A stretch of 64,000 bases of DNA, taken from positions 6,346 to 70,345 of the forward strand of contig CANJXQ010000005.1 in the NCBI GenBank assembly GCA_947478805.1, written 5' to 3'. Position 1 is the first letter of the stretch; every line of letters starts with the position of its first letter. This document shows, piece by piece, positions 55,331 through 64,000 of the stretch. The stretch is from Betaproteobacteria bacterium. Lineage in GTDB: Bacteria; Pseudomonadota; Gammaproteobacteria; Burkholderiales; SG8-39. Both the position numbers and the translations under genes were made by a program. A model generated the notes under the pieces. That model made no database searches, was not told the origin of the DNA, and saw nothing but the letters and a program-made list of their open reading frames with translations.

Positions 55331-56239
55331 CTATAAGGGATCATATACAAGTAAGTGCCGGCTAACCGATAAGTAGGTGCCTAGCCAGCCAAGGATTCCG
55401 GCAAAGAACAGAAAGGACAGGGAATCCTGCAGCGCCAACAGTCGCAATACCGGCAGGATCCCGAAGATCGGCCCGAGCCGGGCGAGATCGGCATTGAAGA
55501 CCAACATGGCGCCCTGCACGATGCCCAGGGCGATCACGCCGCCGGCAACCCCAAGCGCCACCCCCTGGTAGAAGAAGGGACGGCGCACATAGGCATCGGT
55601 TGCGCCCACCAACTTGCTGACTTCAATCTCTTCGCGCTGGGTCAATACCTGCAGGCGAATGGTATTGAAGGTGACGGCTACCAGCGCCAGTCCAAGCAAT
55701 AGCGACAGCATCAGGACTGCGGAGCGAGCGATGCGCATCAAAGACTCGATGCGGCGTATCCACGCCGAGTCCACCTGGACGGTCCCGACGCCGGGGAGAC
55801 CGCGAAACTGGGTCTCCAGCCGGGCCGAGATATCCGCATCCGATGAGGTCAACGTGACGACGAAAGCGTCCGGGAGCGGGTTTTCGCGCAACGACGCGAT
55901 GACGTCGTTGAGCCCCGGCAATCGCTTGAGCGACGCCAGGGCCGAGTCCTTGGGCACAAAACGCACCGAGCGCACCCCCTCGGCATTGCGCACTCGCGCC
56001 TCCAGCGCCGCCACGTCGGCTCGCCCGGGTGCCGTGGAGAGAAAGATGCTGATCTGGGGCTCTGTCGGCAGGGACCCTGCATAGAGCTGGAGGTTGGATA
56101 GCAGCGCGTACGCCCCCAACGGCAGCGCCAGGACCACGCCCACCACGACAATATTGGCGCAGGATGCGAACGGGGCCTCGGCAAATCGCCCCAGCGCGTG
56201 CTGCAACGATTGCAGGTGATGGCGTAGCCAAGCTGTCAT
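55331..56239 (-). CDS. ftsX: cell division ABC transporter permease FtsX
   Basis: ORF 55331..56446 trimmed to [19 protein letters not shown] at 56239, which overlaps the ftsE stop by 4 nt. Four TM segments. Confidence 0.85.
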   Translation of the reverse strand: MTAWLRHHLQSLQHALGRFAEAPFASCANIVVVGVVLALPLGAYALLSNLQLYAGSLPTEPQISIFLSTAPGRADVAALEARVRNAEGVRSVRFVPKDSALASLKRLPGLNDVIASLRENPLPDAFVVTLTSSDADISARLETQFRGLPGVGTVQVDSAWIRRIESLMRIARSAVLMLSLLLGLALVAVTFNTIRLQVLTQREEIEVSKLVGATDAYVRRPFFYQGVALGVAGGVIALGIVQGAMLVFNADLARLGPIFGILPVLRLLALQDSLSFLFFAGILGWLGTYLSVSRHLLVYDPL

Positions 56240-56895
56240 TCGGGAATCCTGCCGTGATTGAGAGTGATGACTCGCCCGCGTTCGAGCCGTTCCCTGTCGT
56301 GTGTCGCGATCAGCACAGTGACACCCACCTGATTGAACGAGTGAAACATCTCCGTGATGGTTTGGGCATATTCGGTATCGAGGCTGGCGGTCGGTTCGTC
56401 GGCAATCAGGATGCTGGGACGATTGACGACGGCGCGCGCGATGCAAAGCCGTTGCTGTTCGCCGCCTGAGAGCGCTATTGGCCTCGCCTTCTCGCGATCG
56501 AGCAACCCGACCTTGTCGAGCGCAGCGCGCGCGCGACGCATCGAGTCGCGGTATGGCTGGCCGGTAACGATGAGCGGCAGCATGACATTGTCGAACACGC
56601 TGCGATCGAGCAGGAGTTTCTGGTCCTGGAAGACAAGTCCGAGGTTGCGCCTGAGAAACGGGATGCCGCGTGGAGACAGTGCGGAAACGTTCTGCCCGGC
56701 AACCAGCACGCTGCCGCTGGAGGGGCGCTCTATTGCCGCCAGGAGCCGGACCAAGGTGCTCTTTCCCGCGCCGGAATGACCGGTGAGGAAAACAAATTCG
56801 CCTGGCTCAATGTCGATCGAAATGCCCGACAAGGCCTGAAGTCCGCCAGGATATCGCTTGGTGACATCCCTTACGCTGATGATGGGCTGGGTCAC
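56236..56895 (-). CDS. ftsE: cell division ATP-binding protein FtsE
   Basis: 219 aa. Walker [10 protein letters not shown], signature LSGGEQQR, Walker B ILIADEP. Confidence 0.9.
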   Translation of the reverse strand: MTQPIISVRDVTKRYPGGLQALSGISIDIEPGEFVFLTGHSGAGKSTLVRLLAAIERPSSGSVLVAGQNVSALSPRGIPFLRRNLGLVFQDQKLLLDRSVFDNVMLPLIVTGQPYRDSMRRARAALDKVGLLDREKARPIALSGGEQQRLCIARAVVNRPSILIADEPTASLDTEYAQTITEMFHSFNQVGVTVLIATHDRERLERGRVITLNHGRIPE

Positions 56896-56984
56896 GTGCG
56901 CGCAGCTCCTCGATCAGTCATGGGTTGTACGTCAAGGGCCATTGGACGGGCCGAGGATCAAGCACCGCGATGCGCGCACCGGAA

Positions 56985-57977
56985 CTAGTCCAGGAGTGCC
57001 GCGACAAAATCGCTTGCCACGAAGGGTCGCAGGTCATCCAGCCCCTCACCGACCCCGAGGTATCTAATCGCAAGGGGACGTGGCGCAGCAAGCTGCTTGC
57101 GCGCATACGCAATCCCCGCCAGCACGCCGCCCTTGGCTGTGCCATCGAGTTTTGTCAATATGAGCCCCGTCAGTCCCAGGGCATCGTCGAATATCCGTAC
57201 CTGATTCAAGGCATTTTGTCCGGTGTTGGCATCGAGCACCAGCCACACTTCATGCGGCGCGGACGCATCGGCCTTGGCGATGACGCGCTTGATCTTGCGC
57301 ACCTCCTCCATGAGGTGTTGCTGTGTCGGCAGTCGACCGGCGGTGTCGGCAAGCAGGATGTCGATGTTGCGCGCGCGCGCCGCATGCACGGCATCGAAAA
57401 TCACTGCGGCAGGATCGCCACCCGACTGCGAGATGACGGCGACGCCATTCTTGTCTCCCCAGGCGATCAGCTGCTCGCGGGCGGCCGCGCGAAAGGTGTC
57501 GCCTGCCGCGAGCAACACGGTGCGCCCCTGGTGCTGGAATAACTTGGCCAGCTTTCCGATCGAGGTCGTCTTGCCCGCGCCATTGACGCCGGCCAGCATG
57601 ATGACGAAGGGTTGCGGCAGCTTCTTCGGCGCCTGGGGATCCAGGGGGTCAGGTTGTTCAAGCGGTGCCAGCAGTTCTGCGAGGATCTCCCGAAGCAGGC
57701 CCTTCAGTTGCTCGGCGGTCTCCAGCCGCTCCTTGCGGGCCCGCTCGCGCAATTGTCGGAGCAGAAACGTCGTCGCATCCATCCCCGTGTCGGCGGAGAT
57801 GAGGGCGGACTCCAGGTCTTCGAACAGCGACTCATCGAGCTTTCGCCCCGCAAACAGGCCGGTCAGTTGCGAGCGCGTGTTCTTCAGGCCCTCCTTGAGA
57901 CGGGCGAGGAAGCTGGTGCGCGCGGCCGGGGTTTCCGGCTTTGGGTCTGGGGCGGATTTCTTGAAGAGGCCGAGCAT
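56985..57977 (-). CDS. ftsY: signal recognition particle receptor FtsY
   Basis: ORF 56985..58184 trimmed to MLGLFKKSAPD at 57977. SRP-GTPase motifs GVNGAGKTT, DTAGR and TKLDG. Confidence 0.9.
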   Translation of the reverse strand: MLGLFKKSAPDPKPETPAARTSFLARLKEGLKNTRSQLTGLFAGRKLDESLFEDLESALISADTGMDATTFLLRQLRERARKERLETAEQLKGLLREILAELLAPLEQPDPLDPQAPKKLPQPFVIMLAGVNGAGKTTSIGKLAKLFQHQGRTVLLAAGDTFRAAAREQLIAWGDKNGVAVISQSGGDPAAVIFDAVHAARARNIDILLADTAGRLPTQQHLMEEVRKIKRVIAKADASAPHEVWLVLDANTGQNALNQVRIFDDALGLTGLILTKLDGTAKGGVLAGIAYARKQLAAPRPLAIRYLGVGEGLDDLRPFVASDFVAALLD

Positions 57978-58148
57978 CTGGGTGCCGAAAGTTGGAGGCG
58001 TGCCGCGCGCTGTTCGGTGCGTGTGCAACACGCGGGAGCGCACCATGAAAGGCGCTAAGATAGGTGTGAATTCTATCAGCTTCACCTGTTTGGCCTCTTG
58101 GCATATGGAGATGCATTCATTGAAGTCATTTGGGCCTGTACTCCTGGC

Positions 58149-59266
<1,118 letters not shown>

Positions 59267-59368
59267 TGCGCCGTTGACGCGCGCAATTATTGTGTGCCAG
59301 GGAAGCGCTGATTAAATCCCGACAACGCGAAACTTAATGACAAGCTTCCCTCCGATGTCGGGGGATTT

Positions 59369-59390
59369 ACAAGGGGGCGGGCCCCCTTGT
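59369..59390. terminator. GC-rich hairpin between convergent coaD and mutM (weak terminator candidate)
   Basis: ACAAGGGGG-cggg-CCCCCTTGT. There is no clear U-tract on either strand. Confidence 0.3.
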
Positions 59391-59401
59391 TCAGTGATTC
59401 T

Positions 59402-60217
59402 CTATGTCTGGCAGGTCGGGCAGTGGAATGTCGAGCGCTGCCCCATACGGCTCAAACGGATTCGACCGCCGCAGTTGCGGCACGGTTCGCCGGTTCGACC
59501 GTAGACAAAATACTGCTGCTGAAAATAGCCTGAGGACCCATCGGAGTGGACGAAGTCGCGCAGGCTGCTGCCACCCGCCTTGAGCGCGGCTTCGAGCGTT
59601 GCGCGGACTTCGATCGCGAGCCGATCGTATCGGGCGGCCGAAACGCGCCCTGCCTGGGTGCCGGGCCGTATGCCCGATCGAAACAGGCTTTCATTGGCGT
59701 ATATGTTTCCCACGCCGACGACCACCGTGTGGTCCATCAACAATTGTTTCACGCTCGAGCGACGGTTACGCGCTGCAGCGTAAAGCACGTTTCCGGAAAA
59801 AGCCGTTTCCAGGGGCTCGACCCCGAGGTGAGCCAGCAAGGGGTGAGAAAGCACATTCGTTCCGGCGTGCCACAGGACGGCACCGAATCGGCGCGGATCG
59901 CGCAGCCGCAACGCGTGATCCCCGAATTGCAGGTCGATATGGTCGTGGACGCCTGCGGGCTCATCCGATTTCACGATGCGCAGGCTCCCGGACATGCCCA
60001 GATGCAAAATCAGCCAGCCCCCCGCCGCCTCCAGCAACAGATACTTCGCCCGCCGTTGCACGCTGCGGATCGTCTTGCCGGCAATCAACGCCGGCAGGCG
60101 CCGCGGGATGGGCCAGCGCAGCCGTGCGTTGCGCACCACGACGCCGGTCACTTCGCGCTTGGTGATGGCCGGCGCAATGCCGCGGCGTGTGATTTCGACT
60201 TCAGGAAGTTCAGGCAT
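59402..60217 (-). CDS. mutM: formamidopyrimidine-DNA glycosylase
   Basis: ORF 59402..60286 trimmed to MPELPEVE at 60217. C-terminal zinc finger CRNCGG...CPTCQ. Confidence 0.9.
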   Translation of the reverse strand: MPELPEVEITRRGIAPAITKREVTGVVVRNARLRWPIPRRLPALIAGKTIRSVQRRAKYLLLEAAGGWLILHLGMSGSLRIVKSDEPAGVHDHIDLQFGDHALRLRDPRRFGAVLWHAGTNVLSHPLLAHLGVEPLETAFSGNVLYAAARNRRSSVKQLLMDHTVVVGVGNIYANESLFRSGIRPGTQAGRVSAARYDRLAIEVRATLEAALKAGGSSLRDFVHSDGSSGYFQQQYFVYGRTGEPCRNCGGRIRLSRMGQRSTFHCPTCQT

Positions 60218-60412
60218 CTGTGATGGGCCGCTGGGGGTGTGTTTCGGTGCACGACTATATCGAATCCACGTGCCTGACGGGAGCATGACGGGCTACTTCG
60301 CCGATAAAGCGCCATTCTTTGCTTGCGGAAGGGCAGTTTTGCTTGCGGGGCAAGGCGCTGCTCCCTAAACTGTGGGACCGCGATTTCCCCATCGTCGCCT
60401 TGGCCGAACTGG

Positions 60413-62245
60413 ATGCAAAAAATTCCTAAATTTCCTTTGCGCTTTTCTTTGCGCGCCCCACTTGCCGGCATCTTGATCTTGCTGTTGTCGGGCTTGCAGG
60501 CGTGCTCGCAAGCGCCGCAAAAACCGGGCGCGACGGCAGCGCAGGGCGATGCCCGCCAGCCCGCCGCAGTGGCGCAGCAGTCTGCGGCGGCGAGCCCTTC
60601 GATACAGATTCCACGCGCCAATGCCCGGCCCCAGGACCCGCCTCCGGAGCTGCCGGCGCAGGAGCTGACCGAAACGATCCTCTATGAATTCCTGATTGCC
60701 GAGATCGCCGCGCAGCGCGGGGATATCGGACTTGCCGCGCAGGCGTATGTCGATCTCGCCAAGCGCACGCGCGACCCGCGCATTGCGCGCCGCGCCACGG
60801 AAATGGCCATGTTTGCGCGCATGAGCAATGCGGCCGTCGAGGCGGCGCGCATATGGCATGACGCAGACCCGCGGTCCACGCGTGCGCTGCAGGCCCTGGT
60901 TGCACTGCTGATCGCCGTCAATCGGTTCGATGAAGCCGAGCCGCACGTGAAGCAAATGCTGTCTGCGCCGGGCGCTGACGTGGGCGAGATGTTTTCCCAG
61001 GTGGGTCGCACGCTGGCTGGCGCCTCCAACAAGGCCGGTGCGTTGCAGCTGGCACGTGCGCTGGCGGCGAGCTACGCGGACAATGCCCATGCCCATTTCG
61101 CAGTGGCCCAGGTTGCGCTCTCGGGGGGAAACGACGCCGTGGCGCTCGAAGAGATCCGTCGCGCCCGCGAACTTCGCGCAGACTGGGAGGCGGCCGTCCT
61201 GCTGGAAGCGCAGATCCTGCAGCGGCGCTCCAATATTGAAGCGCTGCAGGCCATGCGCGGCTTCCTCAAGGCCAATCCGGCCTCGCGCGAGGTACGCCTG
61301 GCCTACGCGCGCGCGTTGGTCGCCGACAAGCGCCTGCCTGAAGCGCGCAGCGAGTTCCAGGGACTGCTGGCGTCCTTCCCCGACAATACCGACGTCATTT
61401 ATGCAGTTGCGCTGCTGTCCATGCAGATGAATGACCATGCAGTGGCGGAAACCAACCTGAAGCGCCTGCTCCAGCTCGACTATCGGGACAAGGACGTGGT
61501 GAGGCTGTACCTGGGCCAGATTGCCGAAGATCAGAAGCGATTCCCCGATGCGCTGACCTGGTACAACTCGGTGGAGCCCGGCGAGCAATACCTGCTGTCG
61601 CGTACCCGTTACGCGCAGGTCCTGGCCAAGCAGGGGCAACTCGAGCAAGCGCGCGCCTGGTTAAAGGCGAGCGAAGTGACGGATCCGCAGCAGAGCATCC
61701 AGTTGCTTCTGTCCGAGGCGCAATTGCTGCGTGATGCCAACCAGCCGCAGGTCGCGTTCGACCTGCTCTCCAAGGAACTCGATCGCCTGCCGAACAATCC
61801 GGACCTGCTGTACGACCACGCCATGCTGGCGGAAAGGATCGAACGCCTGGATGTCCTTGAGTCCAGCCTGCGCAAGCTGATCGGCCTTCGTCCGGAGCAC
61901 GCGCATGCCTACAATGCCCTGGGCTATTCGCTGGCCGATCGCAACCTGCGCCTGCCCGAGGCGCGTGAATTGATCGAAAAGGCGCTGAAACTTGCGCCGG
62001 AAGATGCGTTCATCATCGACAGCATGGGCTGGGTGCTGTTCCGGCAGGGGCAGTTCGCGGAGGCGATCCAGTACCTGCGCAGGGCGTTCGCGGCCCGGCC
62101 CGACGCCGAGATCGCGGCGCACCTGGCCGAAGCGCTCTGGGTGAGCGGTGAGCGCGCCGAGGCCGAGCGCATCGTCAAGGACAGCTTGGATAAATTTCCC
62201 GGCAACGACCTGCTGCTCAACACGCTCAAGCGCATCAAACCCTGA
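60413..62245 (+). CDS. TPR-repeat lipoprotein
   Basis: ORF 60323..62245 trimmed to MQKIPKFPL...LLLSGLQAC (lipobox). It contains many 34-residue A/L/Y-patterned repeats and occupies the conserved position upstream of lolB. Confidence 0.75.
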   Translation: MQKIPKFPLRFSLRAPLAGILILLLSGLQACSQAPQKPGATAAQGDARQPAAVAQQSAAASPSIQIPRANARPQDPPPELPAQELTETILYEFLIAEIAAQRGDIGLAAQAYVDLAKRTRDPRIARRATEMAMFARMSNAAVEAARIWHDADPRSTRALQALVALLIAVNRFDEAEPHVKQMLSAPGADVGEMFSQVGRTLAGASNKAGALQLARALAASYADNAHAHFAVAQVALSGGNDAVALEEIRRARELRADWEAAVLLEAQILQRRSNIEALQAMRGFLKANPASREVRLAYARALVADKRLPEARSEFQGLLASFPDNTDVIYAVALLSMQMNDHAVAETNLKRLLQLDYRDKDVVRLYLGQIAEDQKRFPDALTWYNSVEPGEQYLLSRTRYAQVLAKQGQLEQARAWLKASEVTDPQQSIQLLLSEAQLLRDANQPQVAFDLLSKELDRLPNNPDLLYDHAMLAERIERLDVLESSLRKLIGLRPEHAHAYNALGYSLADRNLRLPEARELIEKALKLAPEDAFIIDSMGWVLFRQGQFAEAIQYLRRAFAARPDAEIAAHLAEALWVSGERAEAERIVKDSLDKFPGNDLLLNTLKRIKP

Positions 62246-62298
62246 TCCGGGGGCGCGCACGCGGCTCGATTGCGCGGCGCCTCCGACCGCAATCGTCG

Positions 62299-62889
62299 TT
62301 GCCAACGCAAGTGTCATTCGTGAAATCCACGCTACTTACCGCCTGCCTGTGTCTCTTCCAGTTCCTGCTGTCCGGCTGTGCAAGCCTGCCGGAGATCCTG
62401 GGCGGAGGGTCTGACATCGAGTTCGAGCTCGAGGGGCGCGCTGCAGTGCGCTATGGTGAGGAAGGCGGGAGCACGCGCATTTCGTGGCGGCATGGCGCAT
62501 CGAGCGACGACGTGCTGATCACCGGTCCGCTGGGCCAGGGTATCGCGCGCATCAGCCGGCGCCGCGGCGAAGTCTCGCTGACCACGGCGGAGGGCAAGGA
62601 GTACCGCGCCGGGGACGCCGAGTCCCTCACCGAATCGGTCCTCGGATGGCGCCTCCCGCTGACTGGCATGCCCGACTGGGTGCGCGGGCGGGCTTCCGTG
62701 GGCAGGGCTGCCCAGGTCGATCGCGATGAAAAAGGGCAGGTCAAGGAAATGAATCAGGACGATTGGCGCATCGAATACCTTGCCTGGAACGATGCGTTGC
62801 CCAGCCGCATGACGCTGTCGCACGAGGGGGCAAGCGGTCGCGTGGTGCTGCGCATCATCATCGATCAATGGAAGAAGGCACCGCAATGA
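62299..62889 (+). CDS. lolB: outer-membrane lipoprotein LolB
   Basis: Lipobox FLLSGC. The start is uncertain: TTG at 62299, or GTG at 62311 or 62320. Followed by ispE with an ATGA overlap, which is the usual lolB-ispE pairing. Confidence 0.75.
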   Translation: MPTQVSFVKSTLLTACLCLFQFLLSGCASLPEILGGGSDIEFELEGRAAVRYGEEGGSTRISWRHGASSDDVLITGPLGQGIARISRRRGEVSLTTAEGKEYRAGDAESLTESVLGWRLPLTGMPDWVRGRASVGRAAQVDRDEKGQVKEMNQDDWRIEYLAWNDALPSRMTLSHEGASGRVVLRIIIDQWKKAPQ

Positions 62890-63830
62890 CGAGCGCGCCG
62901 GTGGATCATGCGCTGTGGACGCGCACCTTTCCGGCCCCGGCCAAGCTCAACCTGTTCCTGCACGTCACGGGGCGGCGTCCCGATGGCTATCACCTGCTGC
63001 AGACGGTGTTCCGCCTCATCGACCTGCAGGACAGCCTGCGGTTTTTCCGTCGCACGGATGAGCGGATTTCGCTGGTTGCCGACATTGCCGGGCTGAGCGA
63101 AGCCAACGACCTTTGCGTGCGCGCAGCGCGTGCCCTGCGCGAGGCGACCGGCCGGGGTACGGGGGTGGATATCCACCTGGACAAGCGCATTCCGATGGGG
63201 GGTGGACTTGGTGGCGGCAGCTCGGATGCCGCAACGACCCTGCTGGCATTGAATCGCTTGTGGGGACTCGGGTTGGAGCAGCCGGCATTGATGGCCATCG
63301 GGCTGAGGTTGGGAGCCGATGTCCCGTTCTTTCTGGGCGGGGGCAATGCGTTCGCCCAAGGCGTCGGGGAACAGCTGATGCCCGTCGACCTGCCGGCGGC
63401 CTGGTACCTTGTTCTCGTGCCGCCGGTGTCTGTGCCCACAGCAGTCGTTTTTGCCGACCCCGAATTGACAAGAAATTCAAAAACCATCACAATATCAAGC
63501 TTTTCGGAAGGTCCAGGCGGGGTTTTCGACCCCTCAAACTCGGTAGGGAAAAAGGTGCACCGTGCGGCCATGGATGGCCGTAACGACCTTCAAGGCGTGG
63601 TGTGCCGGAAGTACCCTGCGGTTGCCGGGCATCTGGATTGGTTAAAGAGCAATGGCGGAAGCGCGGCGGGCACGGCGCGTATGAGCGGGTCCGGAGCCTG
63701 CGTTTTCGCTGAATTCGAGACTGAAGTCGAAGCGCGCGATGTGGCCAAGCGACTGCCCGGCGACATGCGCGGATTGGTAGCACGGGGATTGGAGCGCCAT
63801 CCGATCCTCGAAGTACTGGAAGACAGATGA
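62886..63830 (+). CDS. ispE: 4-diphosphocytidyl-2-C-methyl-D-erythritol kinase
   Basis: ORF 62763..63830 trimmed to MTSAPVDHALW...APAKLNLFLHVTGRRPDGYHLLQTVF. GHMP kinase motif PMGGGLGGGSSDAA. Confidence 0.9.
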   Translation: MTSAPVDHALWTRTFPAPAKLNLFLHVTGRRPDGYHLLQTVFRLIDLQDSLRFFRRTDERISLVADIAGLSEANDLCVRAARALREATGRGTGVDIHLDKRIPMGGGLGGGSSDAATTLLALNRLWGLGLEQPALMAIGLRLGADVPFFLGGGNAFAQGVGEQLMPVDLPAAWYLVLVPPVSVPTAVVFADPELTRNSKTITISSFSEGPGGVFDPSNSVGKKVHRAAMDGRNDLQGVVCRKYPAVAGHLDWLKSNGGSAAGTARMSGSGACVFAEFETEVEARDVAKRLPGDMRGLVARGLERHPILEVLEDR

Positions 63831-63833
63831 ATT

Positions 63834-63907
63834 TGGGGAGTCGCCAAGCTGGTTAAGGCACCGGATTTTGATTCCGGCATGCGAAGGTTCGAATCCTTCC
63901 TCCCCAG
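63834..63907 (+). tRNA. tRNA-Gln (anticodon UUG)
   Basis: Hand-folded cloverleaf. Acceptor TGGGGAG/CTCCCCA; anticodon stem CCGGA/TCCGG with loop ttTTGat; T-arm GAAGG-TTCGAAT-CCTTC; discriminator G. CCA is not encoded. Confidence 0.9.
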
Positions 63908-64000
63908 CCCCGATTGGAAGCGAGTTGTGAAGCAGGACAGGCGTGACGCAGCTGCAAGCATGTGAATGCCGGGCCCACAGGTCAATTGCTGAACGCCATC

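Noticed and set aside
63430-63590. Apparent insertion of about 20 aa, with locally lower GC, in IspE (ISSFSEGPGGVFDPSNSVGKKVHRAAMD)
   Set aside because: From memory, other beta-proteobacterial IspE proteins carry a variable segment of similar length at this point before the GRND motif. The frame is intact and the GHMP motifs are present.

Overview
High-GC (about 60-65% by eye) chromosomal segment that looks beta-proteobacterial, Burkholderiales-like. It is densely coding. I saw no rRNA, CRISPR array, transposase, integrase or phage genes. All family calls come from reading the translated ORFs for motifs and from gene order; no searches were run. Where the tracked ORF is an upstream-extended version of the likely gene, I trimmed the start to an internal Met/Val with a Shine-Dalgarno-like sequence.

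Left half (1-34.4 kb): accessory metabolism.
- Four Bug/TctC-type periplasmic binding proteins and one ABC-type binding protein, which is cut by the left edge and absent from the ORF track.
- Four SDRs, two TauD/TfdA dioxygenases, a D-aminoacylase-type amidohydrolase, a cyclase-family protein, a class II aldolase and a 2-hydroxyacid dehydrogenase.
- An FAH-family hydrolase, a KstD-like flavoprotein, a GST and two cupins, with housekeeping rdgC embedded among them.
- No recognisable transcription factor.

Most unusual structure: a minus-strand gene string at 25.1-33.2 kb. It holds five diverged EamA/DMT transporter paralogues, four of them head-to-tail and apparently translationally coupled. 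These bracket a liuC/liuE-like pair (enoyl-CoA hydratase and HMG-CoA lyase), and the string ends in an orphan P450.

Right half (34.4-64 kb): core genes.
- moeB, ctpA, envC and gpmA, divergent from arsR-rhodanese-grxC-secB-SH3-gpsA. The ArsR protein has an SqrR/BigR-like cysteine pair.
- trmL, comF, an orphan LivJ-like binding protein and a bioC-like gene.
- An aa3 cytochrome oxidase cluster: ctaC, ctaD, small assembly ORF, ctaG, DUF2970, ctaE, DUF2909, SURF1, an SCO-like CxxxC protein, ctaB and SCO. There is no ctaA.
- rpoH preceded by a perfect CIRCE element, then ftsX, ftsE, ftsY, rsmD, coaD, mutM, a TPR lipoprotein, lolB, ispE and tRNA-Gln(UUG).
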